Source of the DNA: Felis catus
Lineage: Eukaryota
DNA length: 64,000 bases
Direction of reading: 5' to 3'
NCBI RefSeq assembly: GCF_018350175.1
Contig: NC_058368.1
Coordinates: forward strand, 41,480,001-41,544,000
The notes beneath the pieces were generated by a model. The model was not told the DNA's origin, did not search any database, and saw nothing but the letters and a program-made list of their open reading frames with translations. Shown here in pieces: positions 23,107 through 37,212 of this stretch. How positions within the stretch are numbered: position 1 is the first letter of the stretch; each line of letters opens with the position of its first letter. A program made the translations under genes and the position numbers.

Positions 23107-25849
23107 TTGTTTTACTTGTTTTTAAAAATGAACTGAAAATAAATTTCAGGTCAAGGCTTAATGATCACAATTCATAGCCTTTTTGGAGTAGAACTTGCAT
23201 TTCTTTTGTACCAACACATTTTCTAACACCTGTCACTTCCTACAATGTGTTTAAAGCTAACCTAAGGAGTTTCCTATTTGTGAAGGTAGTGTTAAGAGGT
23301 TCCAGCTGACCTGAGTTGTTAATATCTAGGCAATCTCTAGACAGGTGAAACCGTTGGGGAGTTGGCTCCAAATGCCCCTGTCCACTCCCAGAGTCCTTCA
23401 TAGGACACAAGTACTTAGATAATCAGCCATAGGGGAGGAGAAGCAGTCAAACCCACGTAATGAAATCCTGCCTAGGTGGCAGCTTAGGAGGCAGGTCTGG
23501 GAGTGACAGCAGTGTCTAGAAATTAGTAGGTCCTCAATTAAAAGTTGCTAACTGAAGACTGAATGCTTGAATACTAGAATGGGACCTTTCTAAAGTGGAT
23601 TCTGTGGACTCTATTAGTACCTGGCCCAGCTAGACACATTTTGAAATAGACACATTTGGTAGCTTCAGAGCCTGCTTTGCTCATGAGTGATATCTCGAGA
23701 ATGTAGGACTGCGTTTAGAAATCATACTGCTAGTGGCAAATATAAAAGTACAAGTTAGAAACTAGTTCTTAATTGTTACTAGAAATAGAGCTTTCCCTTT
23801 AGAGCAACATGTTCCAAAACAGCTTTTGAAACATTTACCTAAAACATGAGCAAATAAATAGATTTTACAACCTTTGGGGCATTTTCAGTCTGTTTATATT
23901 TTTAGCCATTCCTCTCCCATTTAGAATAAGAACACCGGTTCCCACCATTCCATAACTGCAATATTTACTCTGGGACTTAAGAGTCGCACACAGTCCTTTA
24001 GCTGCTGGCAGTTTTGTTGATAGATAACCTCTGGTGTTTCAGGACTTGGAAGCCTCAATATTCCTGCACTTGAGAGCTTGGTAAGACTCTGCCTCCTTCC
24101 ACTACACGTGAAATTGTTAATTAGCTGATTATCCTAACACCTTAGCTAACACTCTTATCTGAGAATACCTTCTGCTTACACTGGCATGATACAAGGGACA
24201 GTACCTTGCTCCTGGCTTCTCCCTGCCAAGCCTTGATCCTTCAATCCTTCTCCTTCCAGACAAAGCAAAAATGATGGAGAACAGGGGTAGAAAAGATGAA
24301 AGATCTCCTTACTCTATAGTTGGTGTAATCCTGAACCAACTTTATGGTTTTGCCCTACTGATCATGATCAGACTATAACATGAACAGTGTGGGAAAGAGC
24401 TTCTGCAAAAGCCTTCAAAAAAGCTGATTTTTCCCTCTCTTTTTGGGGAGAGGGCGAAGTGGCCAGCAAGTATATCACTTAAATAGCGCAGGTAATTTCA
24501 ATCAGTGTTACTTTGATCGTCTTCCTCTTCCAATGTGATTCTCTTCCACTAATCTTTTCAAACCTGTCCCTAACACAAACATACATATCTATGTATACAT
24601 ACACAAATATGTACACATACTGACAAATCCCGAACGGTGAACAGTGAAGTTTTCTCTCCAAGTACCTTCTAACTCACAACTTCTCTTTCTTAGAAATGCC
24701 TCAGGTAATAAAGTGACATAAAAGAGGCAATTACATGGCATTTACCACATAAATACTAATCTGGGGGAAATAAAGGACTATTAAGAGTCTATATTTGGAA
24801 TCTTTGAGCCTTCATTTTGTCAAAGTAAGATGCAAGGACTTTAAAAGAATGAGATATGTTTTAATTGGACAATTGAACATTCATTTTAAAGAGGAAAAAA
24901 ATGTATCATCCTTAACATATCTATAAGAGCTAAAGTTTAGGTCAACTTTATCCAGCTTGTCAAGGTCAGTTATTTGATAAACAGTGACTGTTTCATCCTT
25001 GAAAATCCTGCTTTTGATAAATAATCTCCAGATAATAATTATTACTTCCACTACCTTATAAAGACTTTTTTTCTGAGTGTGGGGTCAAACTAACCTTTCA
25101 CTAAATCAAAGCAGTGAACCAGATGCTTAGAGTAAGGATGATAATTAAACCATGGCCTTGTAAGAACAAAGGATCATTTGAAGAAGGCATTTATATGCCG
25201 GAGTCATTTCGTTTGTTCTTGTTTTGCTTTGCATCTCATGGTAATTTAATTCATAAGAGATTTGAAAAACATATTGATAATATTTATCATGTGACAGCAT
25301 ATCAGCATTTCAGAAAATCTTCCTATACCTTGGGATCAATTTACCTTTGTTTCCAGTTTTGTGGCAGTTAAATGTACTTAAATTTTCAATCTTATCAAAA
25401 GATGGACAACAGACTATGTAGGTTTCATCGATTTACAATGATTGTTAATAAGTGTTTCTCTGTAAAGATATTAAAGATAATGATTGATGTGAGTTTGGAT
25501 AAATATGATTAGATCAAAATATAAAATTCTACACATTCATGTTAATAAAGCCAAAATTTAATCATCATTTAATATTTATGTATAATTTTTGTGTATAAAA
25601 AAAGGAAAACACATTTTTGTGATATGTTCTCCTTTTTACAAAAGTACTATAGTCCTGCTTATATTCTTCTTTCCATTTGGACAAAGAAAGAAAATAAAGC
25701 ATAGCATATCAAAATAGTCTGAAAAGCGCAGTTCCTCATATACTTAAAAGAAAGAACCTCATCTCTAAAATATAACCTTAAGCATTAGAAATTTTCTGAA
25801 CCAGATTGTCATTGGACACAGTGAATCCTAACAGATGAAAATAATCTTT

Positions 25850-27380
25850 ATTTAATGATCCAACAAATATTTACCATGCACTTCCCATATGCTAGGCACT
25901 GTGTTATTTAATGTAAATGTAGCAGTAGATCTTCTGCTGAAAGTGAAAACATCAATGAAAATTCCAAAAAAAAAAGTCCTTAGAACATTTACAGAATGCA
26001 CACAAAGAGTAGCCCACAAAGGAAATTAGGAAATAATCAAAAAGAAAAGAAGACAAATAATTCATTGTATAAAAAGTATCCAGCAACTTCGGATATTGCC
26101 AGTAGGTCAAGTGAAAAGAACATTAATTTTTATCTATTGGAAATAAGACAGAGTGCGGAATTTACTGAAAGAAATTTTCCTGCTATGGCGTGGCAATGAT
26201 GGAGTTGTTGTGGTTTGAGTGAGGGACATAAGGAAATGGAGAAAGCCAGTGTTGCAAATTTTTGAGACGCCTTGAAGAGAAGAAAACTACAGTAAGACTA
26301 GAAAGCCAAAAGATTGAGGGGGTTTAATGGGATAACTTGGTAACTTGATGTTTATAAGCTAATGGAAAGGAGTCAGCAGGGAGGGCAAGAATGAACATAT
26401 AAAGAATAGAGAAAGAAAGAGCATAAAACTGAGAAGTAGTGTTGCGTCCTTTGGCAAAGGAGAGTTAAAGAACAGTCTAGATGCAGATCAGTATATTAGT
26501 CTGGTGGCAGAAGTAGAGACTGATCTATTAAATGGGAAGACATTAATTCAGTAATTATGTCATCTACACTGTTGTAGATATTATTGAATGTAGGAGAAAA
26601 GGAAAGAGGGGGATGTGAGGAGAGTATCGGGAGATTTATGGGACTTATGCAAAAATATTTAAATAGCTATTTTAAAGAATGGGAGCAAGGAGTGAAGAAG
26701 GAATTGTGAAAGTTACAAGTTGTGATTAAGGTTCAAGGTGAGGTTGGGTGCCATAAATCTGTAGTGTCACAAATCTACCTCATTTTGCAAGCATCTCCAG
26801 TAGTGCTCACTGACTAGGTGTGTGTGTAGAGAAGGTGGGCACTTTTTCCCCCCAGGCATTGTGATCAAAATACCATAGAGAAAAAGAACTGTTAAAAAAA
26901 ATAATCAGAGAATGTTTGACATGATGGGTAAGGAATCTTAGATGAGGAAGAAAAAGATCATGAGAAGGGAAAGAAAGGAAAAATAGAGGGTTTGAGCAAC
27001 AGGAGGACTTCATAAAAGGTGAAGAAAATGTATCTTGATACTAACTGAGATAAATAAGCTGATTTGTGATTTGGGAAAGGAACGATTCAACTCAAGTGTT
27101 AATTGGTTGGGAATTTCCAGGTGATGATAAGATGGAGTGTAGAATATTGAGTGAAGATAAAAGTCACTAAAGGTGAAAAAAGAGTCACAAAATGGAAAAG
27201 GTAAGGCACTGAGTCTTGAAGTCAACCAAAAAGAATTTATATTGTTTCTCAGTGTGTGAAGCACTCCAAATAAAGTGGATAACCAAGGGAGGTATTATAA
27301 CCCATCTGACAAAATTGACAGTCAAGAAAACACCCAAGAAAATAAACACCCAAGTGTTTGAATAACACTTCAACGTGGAT
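25850..27380 (-). mobile_element. Degenerate L2 LINE
   Basis: caacaaatatttaccatgcac...atatgctaggcactgtg (reverse L2 3' end) followed by ~1.4 kb of purine-rich L2-like sequence. Confidence 0.55.
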
Positions 27381-27404
27381 ATAAAAGAAAAAGGAAATAT
27401 TTCA

Positions 27405-27670
27405 TAATGGAAAGTGTGTGGGATTTGGAATCTGATAGACTGGCATTCTAACCCAGCTCTACCATTTACTAGTTCTGCGCCATTGTCTAGCTAAGCATAG
27501 GCTTTATCAGTAGTAAAAAGGGGATTCACTTCATATATATCTGTTGGTCTATTTCTCCATGCCAGAGAATGGGTTAAATGGTAAAATAATTGTATCTTGT
27601 GCTTCAGATTGTTGTCAGAATGAAATAAGGGAATGAGTGTAAATTCAGATGTGTTGCAATAAATATTGCT
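27405..27670 (+). mobile_element. MIR
   Basis: ttggaatctgatagactgg...cccagctctaccatttactag...gattgttgtcagaatgaaataa. Confidence 0.75.
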
Positions 27671-29617
27671 ATTGTCTCATTATTGTTCTAATTTCTAAGA
27701 TCTTTTAAAAATCGTGTTTCAACAATAATAATAACAGTAGTTAAGTACATGTTTTATTGCTGCCATATGAAGACACTTAGAGGTCGTTAGGAAAATCTCA
27801 ATATTTTTATCTTTGAATAAAGTATGCATTTCTAATTCTGTTGAGCTTATTTAACAATTGGATTGTTACCTACTCTTTGGAGGGTAACATGCCCCAGGAT
27901 TTTACTTAATTAAGTGATTTATTTGTAAGAAATTAATTTGCAATTATGACACTATATGGTTATAGCATGTCAGTCTCTTTGCTACTGAAGCATAATATAA
28001 TGAGTTCTACCCTATGATTTTTAAAAAGTGAGTAATTAAATATTATTATATATTTTGTTAATTTCATCTCAATATAAAGTAATATTGAGTTATATGCTCA
28101 TATAACTATGAAAGTTTAAGAGTTATATATGTAATTCTTTGCAAAGATTGCGATTCAAAATACTGTGTGGGTCTGATGTATCTATAAAAATGCTTTGTAA
28201 TTACTTTGAAATTTAAAATAATTTATTGTTTAAGTGGGAAACATGCAGATTCTTAATATTTAGTGAAATTACACAATTCAAGTGGGTTCATCACCTGTTT
28301 TCAAAACAATTATCATTGTGATGGTAGTGACTATAATATTGTTAAATCCTACTACATCCCAATGATACCTTGTAATGAAAAACTGGCTAACATTTTTAGA
28401 TTTTTTTCTGGCTGGATAGGTTGCCTACTGGGGAAAAAAAAACACATAAGAATACTAAAATACTTCTGAGAATAATCTGTTCCTTACTAAAGCAATTTTT
28501 AATTATTGCTACATTCAAACAATCTACCCATGCTTTCTAGTCTAATTGGAGTTATAAGGATCCCCTTTCAGTGTTGGGAAAAGTCCTTTTAATCGTAATT
28601 GGTCCTATGACCTCTGGTCTAGACCACCACTGTGTGGGAGCTGACACTTCCTTCTCTGACTAAGCACCAGCAGGTCTTTTGATTGCTTGGTGCAGATGGC
28701 TGGGAATCACAGCCGGTAATAGAGGTAGGCTGCAGAATTTATAATCACTTCTTTTCTTCTTTTAACCAGCACACCTTTCCACATTTGTTCAAAACCTATT
28801 TCCTCCAACGTGGAGACTATGAAGCTAGTATGAGAATAGATTATCACACTTTGGTATGTTCTCCTTAATTATTCTCAAATTTCTTTTCTAAATCACCTAC
28901 TTTAGGGTTTACTAAGAGTGACAAAATTCAGAGTGTGGATTAGCATTTTAATTTTACTAAAGAGCACTGGCAGTTTAACACTGGGATTCATAATACTCCT
29001 CCTTCTCACAAAGAGCCTGTTTTTAAGCCTAACATCAATCTACAAAACATAACAAGCAGGATTATACAGAAACACACATGCAGAACATTTTCATCATAAC
29101 AGATGAGTGGCTCTCAGAGCAGACAAGAACCCATAGGGTATTCACTGCCATGACTCACTTGTCTTTTCAAAATCCCGTCTCTACTCTACATGTACAATTT
29201 TAGATCTCACTGCTTCCCAGCATGAGCTGAGATAGAGCTTCTTGCTCTTTTTAAACATACTCTGTTCACTTTCTACTCTAAGCTCTTTTTTTGTACCATT
29301 GCCCCAAATTTATGGGACTACATTTCCCTTCCCACTCTCTTTTCGTATCTTAACTATTTTTTTTTTATTTCAGTTTTATTGAGGTATAATGGACAAAAAA
29401 TTTAAGATATTTAAAGTGCATATCATGGTGAGTTGAGATTGTGAAAGGAGTCTCCCCATCAAGTTAATTAACACATCTGTCACCTCACAAATTTTCTGTT
29501 CCTTCTTTCTTTTTTTTCTTTTCAGTGAGAATATTTAAGTTCTACTCTCAGCAACTTCAATTACACAATGCAACTATAGTCACCATGTTTTACATTATAA
29601 CCTCAAACCTTACCCAT

Positions 29618-29797
29618 TTTTTAAAGCTTTATTTATTTATTTATTTTGAGAGAGAATGAGAAAGAGAGAGAGAGAGGTACAGAGAGAAGGAATCCCGATC
29701 AGATTCTGTTTTCACAGTGCGGCTTGAACTCACGAACCATGAGATCATGACCTGAGCAGAAATGAAGAGTCTGACGCTTAACTGACCCAGGTGCCCC
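29618..29797 (-). mobile_element. Can-SINE with internal deletions
   Basis: gagatcatgacctgagc...cgcttaactgacccaggtgcccc. Confidence 0.93.
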
Positions 29798-29807
29798 AGA
29801 CCTCATC

Positions 29808-30016
29808 TTTTTTTTCCATCAATGTTTGTTTACTTTTGAGAGAGAGACAGAGCATGAATAGGGGAGGATCAGAGAGAGGGAGACACAGAATCCGAAGCAG
29901 GCTCCAAGCTCTGAGCTGTCAGCAAAGAGCCTGACACAGGGCTTGAACCCATGAACTGTGAAATCATGACCTGAGCTGAAGTTTGATGCTTAACCGACTG
30001 AGCCACCCAGGCTCCC
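29808..30016 (-). mobile_element. Can-SINE (felid type)
   Basis: gagacacagaatccgaagcaggctcc...cttaaccgactgagccacccagg. Confidence 0.96.
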
Positions 30017-32666
30017 TGACCTTACTCATCTTATAGCTGAAAGTTGGTATCCTTTTACCAACCTCTCCCTATATTCTATCCTCCTGCCCCTGGCAACTAC
30101 TTATCTACTCTCTGCCTCTATGAGTTTGGCTTTTTTTTTCAAAGATTATACATATAAATTATGCCAAGCAGTATTTGTCTTTCTTTGTCTGGCTTATTTC
30201 ACTTAGTATAATGCTCTCACGATCCATCCATGTTGTTGCAAATGACAGGATTTCTCTCTTTCTCATGGCAATATTCCATTGCATATGGATACCACATATT
30301 CTTTTATCCACTCATCCATTGAGGAACACTTAGGTTGTTTGCATATCTTGACTATTTTTAGAGAACTTTTTGAGGTACCACTTCCACCAATGCTTTGATG
30401 ATCTTTCCTACCGGGATTTCTCATTGCTTCTTAAGTATTTGTTTCACCAAATAAACATTTTTTTTTTCAGTAGTAGTAGGAACTATTACCTTCCAGGGCA
30501 AGGGGAATCCTTGGCTAATTCAGAAGTAGGCATATAATATATTCTTAGTTTTAAAAAGGGGGTGGATATTTCTACCCTTGTATTCCTTTTTCCAACACAA
30601 CTAGCAGGGATGAGATAGATGCATCCTTTCAAGCTTTTACCTCTCTTTACCTCCATTGTAATGCCGTCACAGAGAGCTGCAGTTGTAAGTAAGTCTCAGC
30701 ATGCCAACTGTTAGGTCCCAATTTTATAAGAAGAAATTCTGCATTTAAGGATGATACCATTCTGTGAGCCGGCTCATTTCCATTTTCTGTAGCAAAGAAT
30801 GTGAAATATTCTGCCTTCCCTGGACAAATGTAGGCCATACATAACCACTTAATTTCCTGGTCATAGAGGCAGAAGCTTTTGTCTTCTGCCATGTAAGTAG
30901 TCCTGGACTATGCTTGGTCCCATTGACCTGACTTGTCAGTTCAGTTCCTCACCTGTATTCCCTCTTGCTGAGGCAAACTGAAGTCTTCCTCTGAGGGAGA
31001 AGGGGAAAATATGAAAGAGAGGTATAAACAGCTCATCTAAGTCTCCAAGCCTAAACTCACACTCAACATTAAAAGCCAGAGAAACTCAAAGTTCAGTGAA
31101 TGTCATTAGGTCTTCATATAGTTCTTAACAAATGAATAATTTCCTTTCCTATTCTTTTTGCACAGATACCGCTTCAGAGAACTCTGAAAAGGAAGAGGAA
31201 GAAGTCATGGGGTGCAAGCAACAGTCATGTTCAAATGGGAATAACACTTAACTTCTTAAAATTCCACGTTTAAATACTACAATGAAAAGGGTTTAAAATA
31301 CTTTCTACAAGTTATTTTGAATTAAAAAATAATTCAAGCCACAGGAAAACCATTACAGTAAAGATGAAATACTGCTTCAATACTTATATTTGGACATGGA
31401 AACTAGCTCACGTGAGAATTTAATAATGATTTTTTGCTTTTATTGGCCCCTATTTACCTTGACTTCTTTTCTCTTCTGTTCTCCCTATTTTGTATCAAAA
31501 TATTAGATGCCAATGGTGAAAAAAAATAATTTTGTAATGAAAAGTTTTCTCATTTCAAATAACATCCTACACCCAGTCTAGTATCCTGTGTAAGCACTAT
31601 TTACATGTTTGTTTTGTTTTATTATGTTGTGTTGTGTTGTGTTTTTTAGGGTGGATAAGGTTATAGCTCTAAAAACATTATTATAGCAATGATTGTGGAT
31701 TTAACTATTGGTGCTTTATAAGGAAAAAAAACACCTAACTTCTGGTTCATCCAAATAATAGTCTTAATTTATTTTACATTTTTGACAAGCACATTATTAT
31801 ACTGTGGTATGATTTTTACATGTTTTATTGATTGTTTTTGTAACAATACATAGTATTCTTAAAATTCAGTTTCTTTTTCCATGAAGTTTATATTACTCTT
31901 TTTATTTCAGATTACCTGTCACTTTTTTCAGTCAATAAATATTTCTTGAGTATCTACCATATTCCAGAATCTGTTTCAATCAAAGAGGGTTCAGCAGAGA
32001 GCAAAATAGGTAAACAAAAAACCAAAAATATTCTTGTCCTCAAGGGCTTACATTCTAATATAATAGCTCCAAATTTCAATGGCATGAACACCGTGTGCCT
32101 GACAAATATTTCTAGCATCAAGGTCAAATACAATCCCTTTTCCTGTTCCCCATCAATTGCTCAAAAATTCTCTATACTCCAATTTACTAAATACTAATTT
32201 TTCTTCAGTTATTTGTTTCTGTAGAAGTGTCTATTTTTTATTGGTGATGAAAGAATAATGTGCCTTCAACAAGTATTAAATTTAGGCACCTCACAGTCAT
32301 CCTTTGTACAAAATGAAAGGCCTTCCCCCCCTCAGCTGTTTTCAGAACACCTTTCTAAGGTGTTCTCATTATTGTATAGGATTGTATAGGTGAACTCATT
32401 ATTGTATAGGATTGTTGCTCAGATATCATATTTTTAGAGTCAGTATTTCTTGAATTCTCATATATTTAGAGTCAGTTTTTCCTGATACCCCTATATGTAT
32501 CCTTTGGAAAACTAGATAAGTCTTTTGTCAGCTTTTTAAAAAAAATATAAACTATATATATACATACATATACTTATATATACTTGATATATGTGTTATA
32601 GATACTGAGAGATATATGTCACATTACTGGATTAAAAGATTAATGTAATGTTATTTAGCAATTATG

Positions 32667-32703
32667 TTATATATATACATATATATATACATATGTGTAT
32701 ATA

Positions 32704-32745
<42 letters not shown>
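32667..32745. repeat. (TA)n/(TG/CA) compound microsatellite
   Basis: Directly visible. Confidence 0.95.
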
Positions 32746-32749
<4 letters not shown>

Positions 32750-33021
32750 GCCCAAGACATACCAATTCATTAGACTTACGTGCATTTAATTAGAACTTAT
32801 AGGTGGGTTGACATTGATTTCACTATTCACACTTTAACATAAGTAATTTCATATACATAAAGTATATTAAGCATGTTTCGTTGTGGTGGTGGTTGTTAAC
32901 ATCTCCTATATGATTTTCAATAAGCATGAGCTAGTTGTTCATGAAAATCTTGATTTGGCTGTAGTGGTAGTGCTATTGTAGCAGGAAACAAATAAAAGAA
33001 GAAAGAAATGATACCTATCTT

Positions 33022-33627
33022 TGTGACAGGAGTAGTTTTGCAACCTGCCCTGAGCTACTCAAGAAGTTCAGCTCCTAATCTTCCACAGAAACTGGGAGAT
33101 AGGGATGCTATCTTCCTTGATGTTTACATTTCAAAGAGGTGGTTCTCAGGTCCCTGAGAAAAACATTTCTGGGTCATAAAGCTGACAAAAGGCCAATATA
33201 GTTTTTAACAGGACATGTAGATATTTCATGGAGAGAAGAAAGTACTTACACACTTTCTACAGTACATGCCCTAAGAAAAAGGAGGGGAAAGTCTCTTTCT
33301 TTTTTTTCAACAGAGAGAAGTGAGCCTGTTTATTATTTTATTTTATTTTTATTTTTTATTTTATTTTATTTTATTGTATTTTATTTTATACGTATATTTA
33401 TTTTTGAGAGACAGAGAGAAACAGAGCATGAGCAGGGGAGGGGCAGAGAGAAAGGAGACACAGAATCTGAAGCAGGCTCCAGGCTCTGAGCTGTCAGCAC
33501 AAGTGCCCTACACGGGACTCAAACCCACAAATCTTGAGATCATGACCTGAGCAAAGTCAGAGGCTTAACTGACTGAGCCACCCAGGCGCCCTGAACCTCT
33601 TACTTTAAATTTTTACTTGTCCTTACA
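33022..33627 (-). mobile_element. ERV1-class LTR (MER67-like, tentative) split by a SINE
   Basis: ccttgatgtttacatttcaaagag...ctaagaaaaaggagggga...ttcaacagagagaa...ccttaca terminus (TGTAAGG on minus strand). Confidence 0.6.
33329..33591 (-). mobile_element. Can-SINE with long (TTTTA)n tail
   Basis: Full body ending cccaggcgccc; pentamer-expanded tail ~33329-33390. Confidence 0.97.
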
Positions 33628-36495
33628 TTTATATGAAATGTCTGTTTGTATATCATCTTAAAGAGACCTTTCAAAGTTGTATAAACTTGAGGCAATTTGC
33701 AAACCGGATAGATCCTCAAGATTGTCTCATTGCTTCATTTTCTTAAATGGGTACAGGAACAGTCCAAGTGATCATAGAGAATATCTTTTAATAAGTGACA
33801 AGAGAAGAAACACAGTTACCTTCTTTTTTTTTATCTCTTTATTAAAATAAAGCCTCCAGCAAAAGAGTATGTCGATTTTATAAAACAGTGACTAAAATGT
33901 TAGCTATAAGTGTTTTCTTCAGGAAAAAAGAAGAACCTATAAGGTTTATTCCAGGAAGTGTGAAAGTCAGATGAAAGAAAATACATGGTTTAAATAGTAA
34001 GGGAAGTAAAACACTGATTAGAAATGAGAAACCCTGTAAATGAAAGTGGGAGGTTTAATGATTTTTGCCTTAGTTACTAAACCCCTTATAATGCATGTCA
34101 TTAGAAAATGATTTAAATATCTGGTGAAGACACACAAGGGGGCAAATTCCAAAGGTGGTTTTGGACCCTTATTAAAAATGCAGGGAAATCGTAACTCTGC
34201 ATTACAATATTAATTAACTATGGTTAAAGGCACCCTGTAGAGATGCAATTACCTTTAAAATAATTCTGCAATTTAAGATGTATATTTAATGCATTTATTT
34301 TTCAGTTAATTGATAATTTGCCAGTTTAATTAATGTGAAGTCTCCCACTACAAGATATAGGGAACATTTTTCATTCATTTGAGATTATTGTATTGCTATT
34401 TCTTGCAAATAATACTTATGATGACCATCTTCTTTGGTGAAGCTAAATATAATATCTTTAGAAAGTAGGTGAGAATAAAACAGATACTACAAGGCATCTT
34501 CATTTATTGAGTCATTTAAACTTACAATAGTTCATGAGGACAATAATAATTCTCTTTGAAACAAAATAATTATTTCCACATTTTAAAAATAAATTGACTG
34601 TAGTTACTTTATAATGGGTGGAATGTCCGGAAATAGAAATTTATAACAAATTCTAAACATACTTATATTTCTAAGTGGCTTACCCCAGGCTCTATTAACA
34701 GATTAGAAACATTTCATGATTGTTTAATGGAGGGTGGATTTCTATTAATCAAATCCTGCTTTACACCAATTCCTATCATTAAAAGAGAGGCTCATTTTGT
34801 CAAAAGTAAAAATTGCTGCTGGAAAATTTAAATGATAAAATTAAGGGTAGAAAATTTAAATATGTATTAGAGAGAAAATGATAATTATACATTTAAAAAT
34901 CTTCATAGCAAAGCCATTTACAAAATAAATCTCAGGGTAAGCACATGCTTCAATATTTGAATTATTTACAGTAGGATTACTTGTTTTCATTGATTTGAAA
35001 ATTGTAGAGCATGTAATCCCTAACACTTCATCGACTTGGTTAAGTTTTTCACTAGCCTCAAATTATTTTATTACTTCTACCTTTGTACCTTGAGTGACAA
35101 TATTGCTCTTCTTCTCTCCTCCTCTGTCACATGAACTCACTGACCTCTTTTGAAACGTTTTCACCTAATAATATCCATAGAGTCTGAGACAGTAATATTG
35201 GCGAGAAAGCCCAAAATAGAGTACAAACCATTTCAATTATTTGACAATGGAGGGGGTAGGCTGAAGGCTCATGTTTACGTGGATCACATAAGAAAGTAGC
35301 ATGGTCTGTAGCTATAACAATATTAAAGAAACCATCAAAGACTGTTAAAATAGCTATAATCTCTCAGTTTAAAGGGATAATTACTTAACATAAACATCTG
35401 ATTCAATTGTCTAATTACTTAAATACAGTTTTTTGTTTTTGTTTTTGTTTTTCATCTAGCATTTAAGTTCCATAGACGGATGGAAACTGAGAGATTCTGG
35501 GTTTTAACATTACTCTCTACTCCTTGCAAAGATTCTGTGAGTTTCAGGACATTCTTTTAAAAATTATTTTTGTAGATATCATCAAGACAGGCACAACAGA
35601 AGAAGGAGGTTTAGGGAATAAAAACGTGATTATTTAGTGGAAGTCTATTTAGTAAATGGCGACAACAATTCAATGTCAATTCTCAAATTGAGAAAAAAAT
35701 TGAGGGATGTTCCAGACAAAATCTGAACAGATTACCTGTGAAATTAAACAAATTGTTGTAACATTTATATGGAAGTTCAAACAGTCAATTAGAATCAATA
35801 CCTATTACGGAAGAAGAAAGAAGTGAAGAGACTTCCTACAACAAACTAAATATTACAACATATTACAAAACTATTTAGTCAAGCCTGTGACATTGGCACA
35901 GAAATAGAGTAATAAAGCAATAAAATAAAATACAGAGAATATAGAAATGGATTTACAGATATATGGACACTAGACTTACGACTTGTCTTTACAGTGCAAA
36001 GGGAAATTAATAAATAAATAAAGGAGAATAACTTCATGACATTTGTGTCGTGAAAAATGTTTTAAACTGAAAGAAAAAGCAGAAACTCTAAAGAAAATAA
36101 CTGACAAGTTTAAATACATTAAAACTAAGAACTTCTGCTCACAAAGAAGAGCTATTAAGAGATTGTAAACAGCTATAGGGAGACTGAGTTGACGTTTCCA
36201 ACTACCGACAAGTGAATTGTATCCAAACTATACACAGAACCCCCAAAATCAATAAATGGAAGACACACAAGCCAATAGGTGAAAAACAACTTAAATGCAC
36301 ATTTTAAGAAATGAAAATTCAAAAGACCTATAAACGTAGAAATAGGACACCCCTTATTAGTTATCAAGAAAAATAAAAATAAAATCACAATGGCATTCAA
36401 TTGCATGCACACAAGTGTGGCTAGTCCTGAAAAGTGTAACTGTTAACAAGTTTGTTGACCAAAATAAATTCTCCTATACTATTGTAGAGGAGGGC

Positions 36496-36719
36496 TTTTG
36501 TGTGTGTGTTTATTTTTGACAGAGAGAGAGACAGAGACAAAGACAGAGCTAGAGCATGAGCAGGGGAGGGGCAGAGAGAGGGAGACACAGAACTGGAAGT
36601 GGGCTCTAGGCTCCACGCTGTCAGCCCGGGGCCCTGCGTGGGACTCAAACTCACAAACTGTGAGATCATGAACTGAGCCGAAGTTGGGCGCTTAACCCAC
36701 TGAGCCATCGAGGCACCCC
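36496..36719 (-). mobile_element. Can-SINE
   Basis: Full body; degenerate TSD tgt(a/g)gaggag. Confidence 0.96.
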
Positions 36720-36776
36720 TGTGGAGGAGTGTTAATTGGTAATGTTCACTTTGGAAAAGAATTTGGCATTATCTGG

Positions 36777-37212
36777 TGACAAAAGCTCTTTGACCAAATT
36801 TTAGTCAGGATCCTTTGAGCCCAGTTCAGGACTAGTCCTAGAACTTGATGTGCAAGTATCCTCTAAATAATTTTCATGAGAATCTCCTCACCCACGATAT
36901 ATGACCATCCTTGATATCTGATCAAGTTCTCATTCTCTACTCTTCACGTTTAAGTCCCTGGTCAGCCCTTACCAAGAATCCTGAAAGGTCAGTTTAGCAA
37001 GAATTCCCCTATGCTTGATGTCTCTTGTTAGAAATTTTTCATCCACTGACCCCATCACCCTGTTTCCTGGTTATAAATTCCCACATGTGCTTGTTATATT
37101 TAGAATTAAGCTCAAGCTCTATTCCCCATTGCAATAGAGTTGACTCCTACTATAGTAGTCTTGGATAAAGCCTTACTGTTTTAACAAGTATCATGGTAGT
37201 TATTCTTTAATA
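36777..37212 (+). mobile_element. ERV1 solo LTR, MER31-like
   Basis: tgacaaaag...ttgaccaaattttagtcagg...gatatctgatca...gtcagtttagcaagaat...ttttcatccactgacccc; 4-bp flanks ctgg/ttgg. Confidence 0.85.

Larger units (their letters stand above)
29357..30360 (-). mobile_element. L1 3' end (L1MA9/L1_Carn-like) split by two SINEs
   Basis: T tail then tttattgaggtataat...atcaagttaattaacacatc...tggcttatttcacttagtataatg...tccatccatgttgttgcaaatgacaggatt. Confidence 0.9.

Noticed and set aside
24479..24661. Possible minus-strand exon (DRFEKISGRESHWKRKTIK)
   Set aside because: Weak pyrimidine tract, weak donor (GTAACA) and no recognisable protein similarity.
32358..32485. ~30-bp direct repeats as a CRISPR-like array
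   Set aside because: Only two copies of each unit, no unique spacers, no cas genes, and the context is mammalian.
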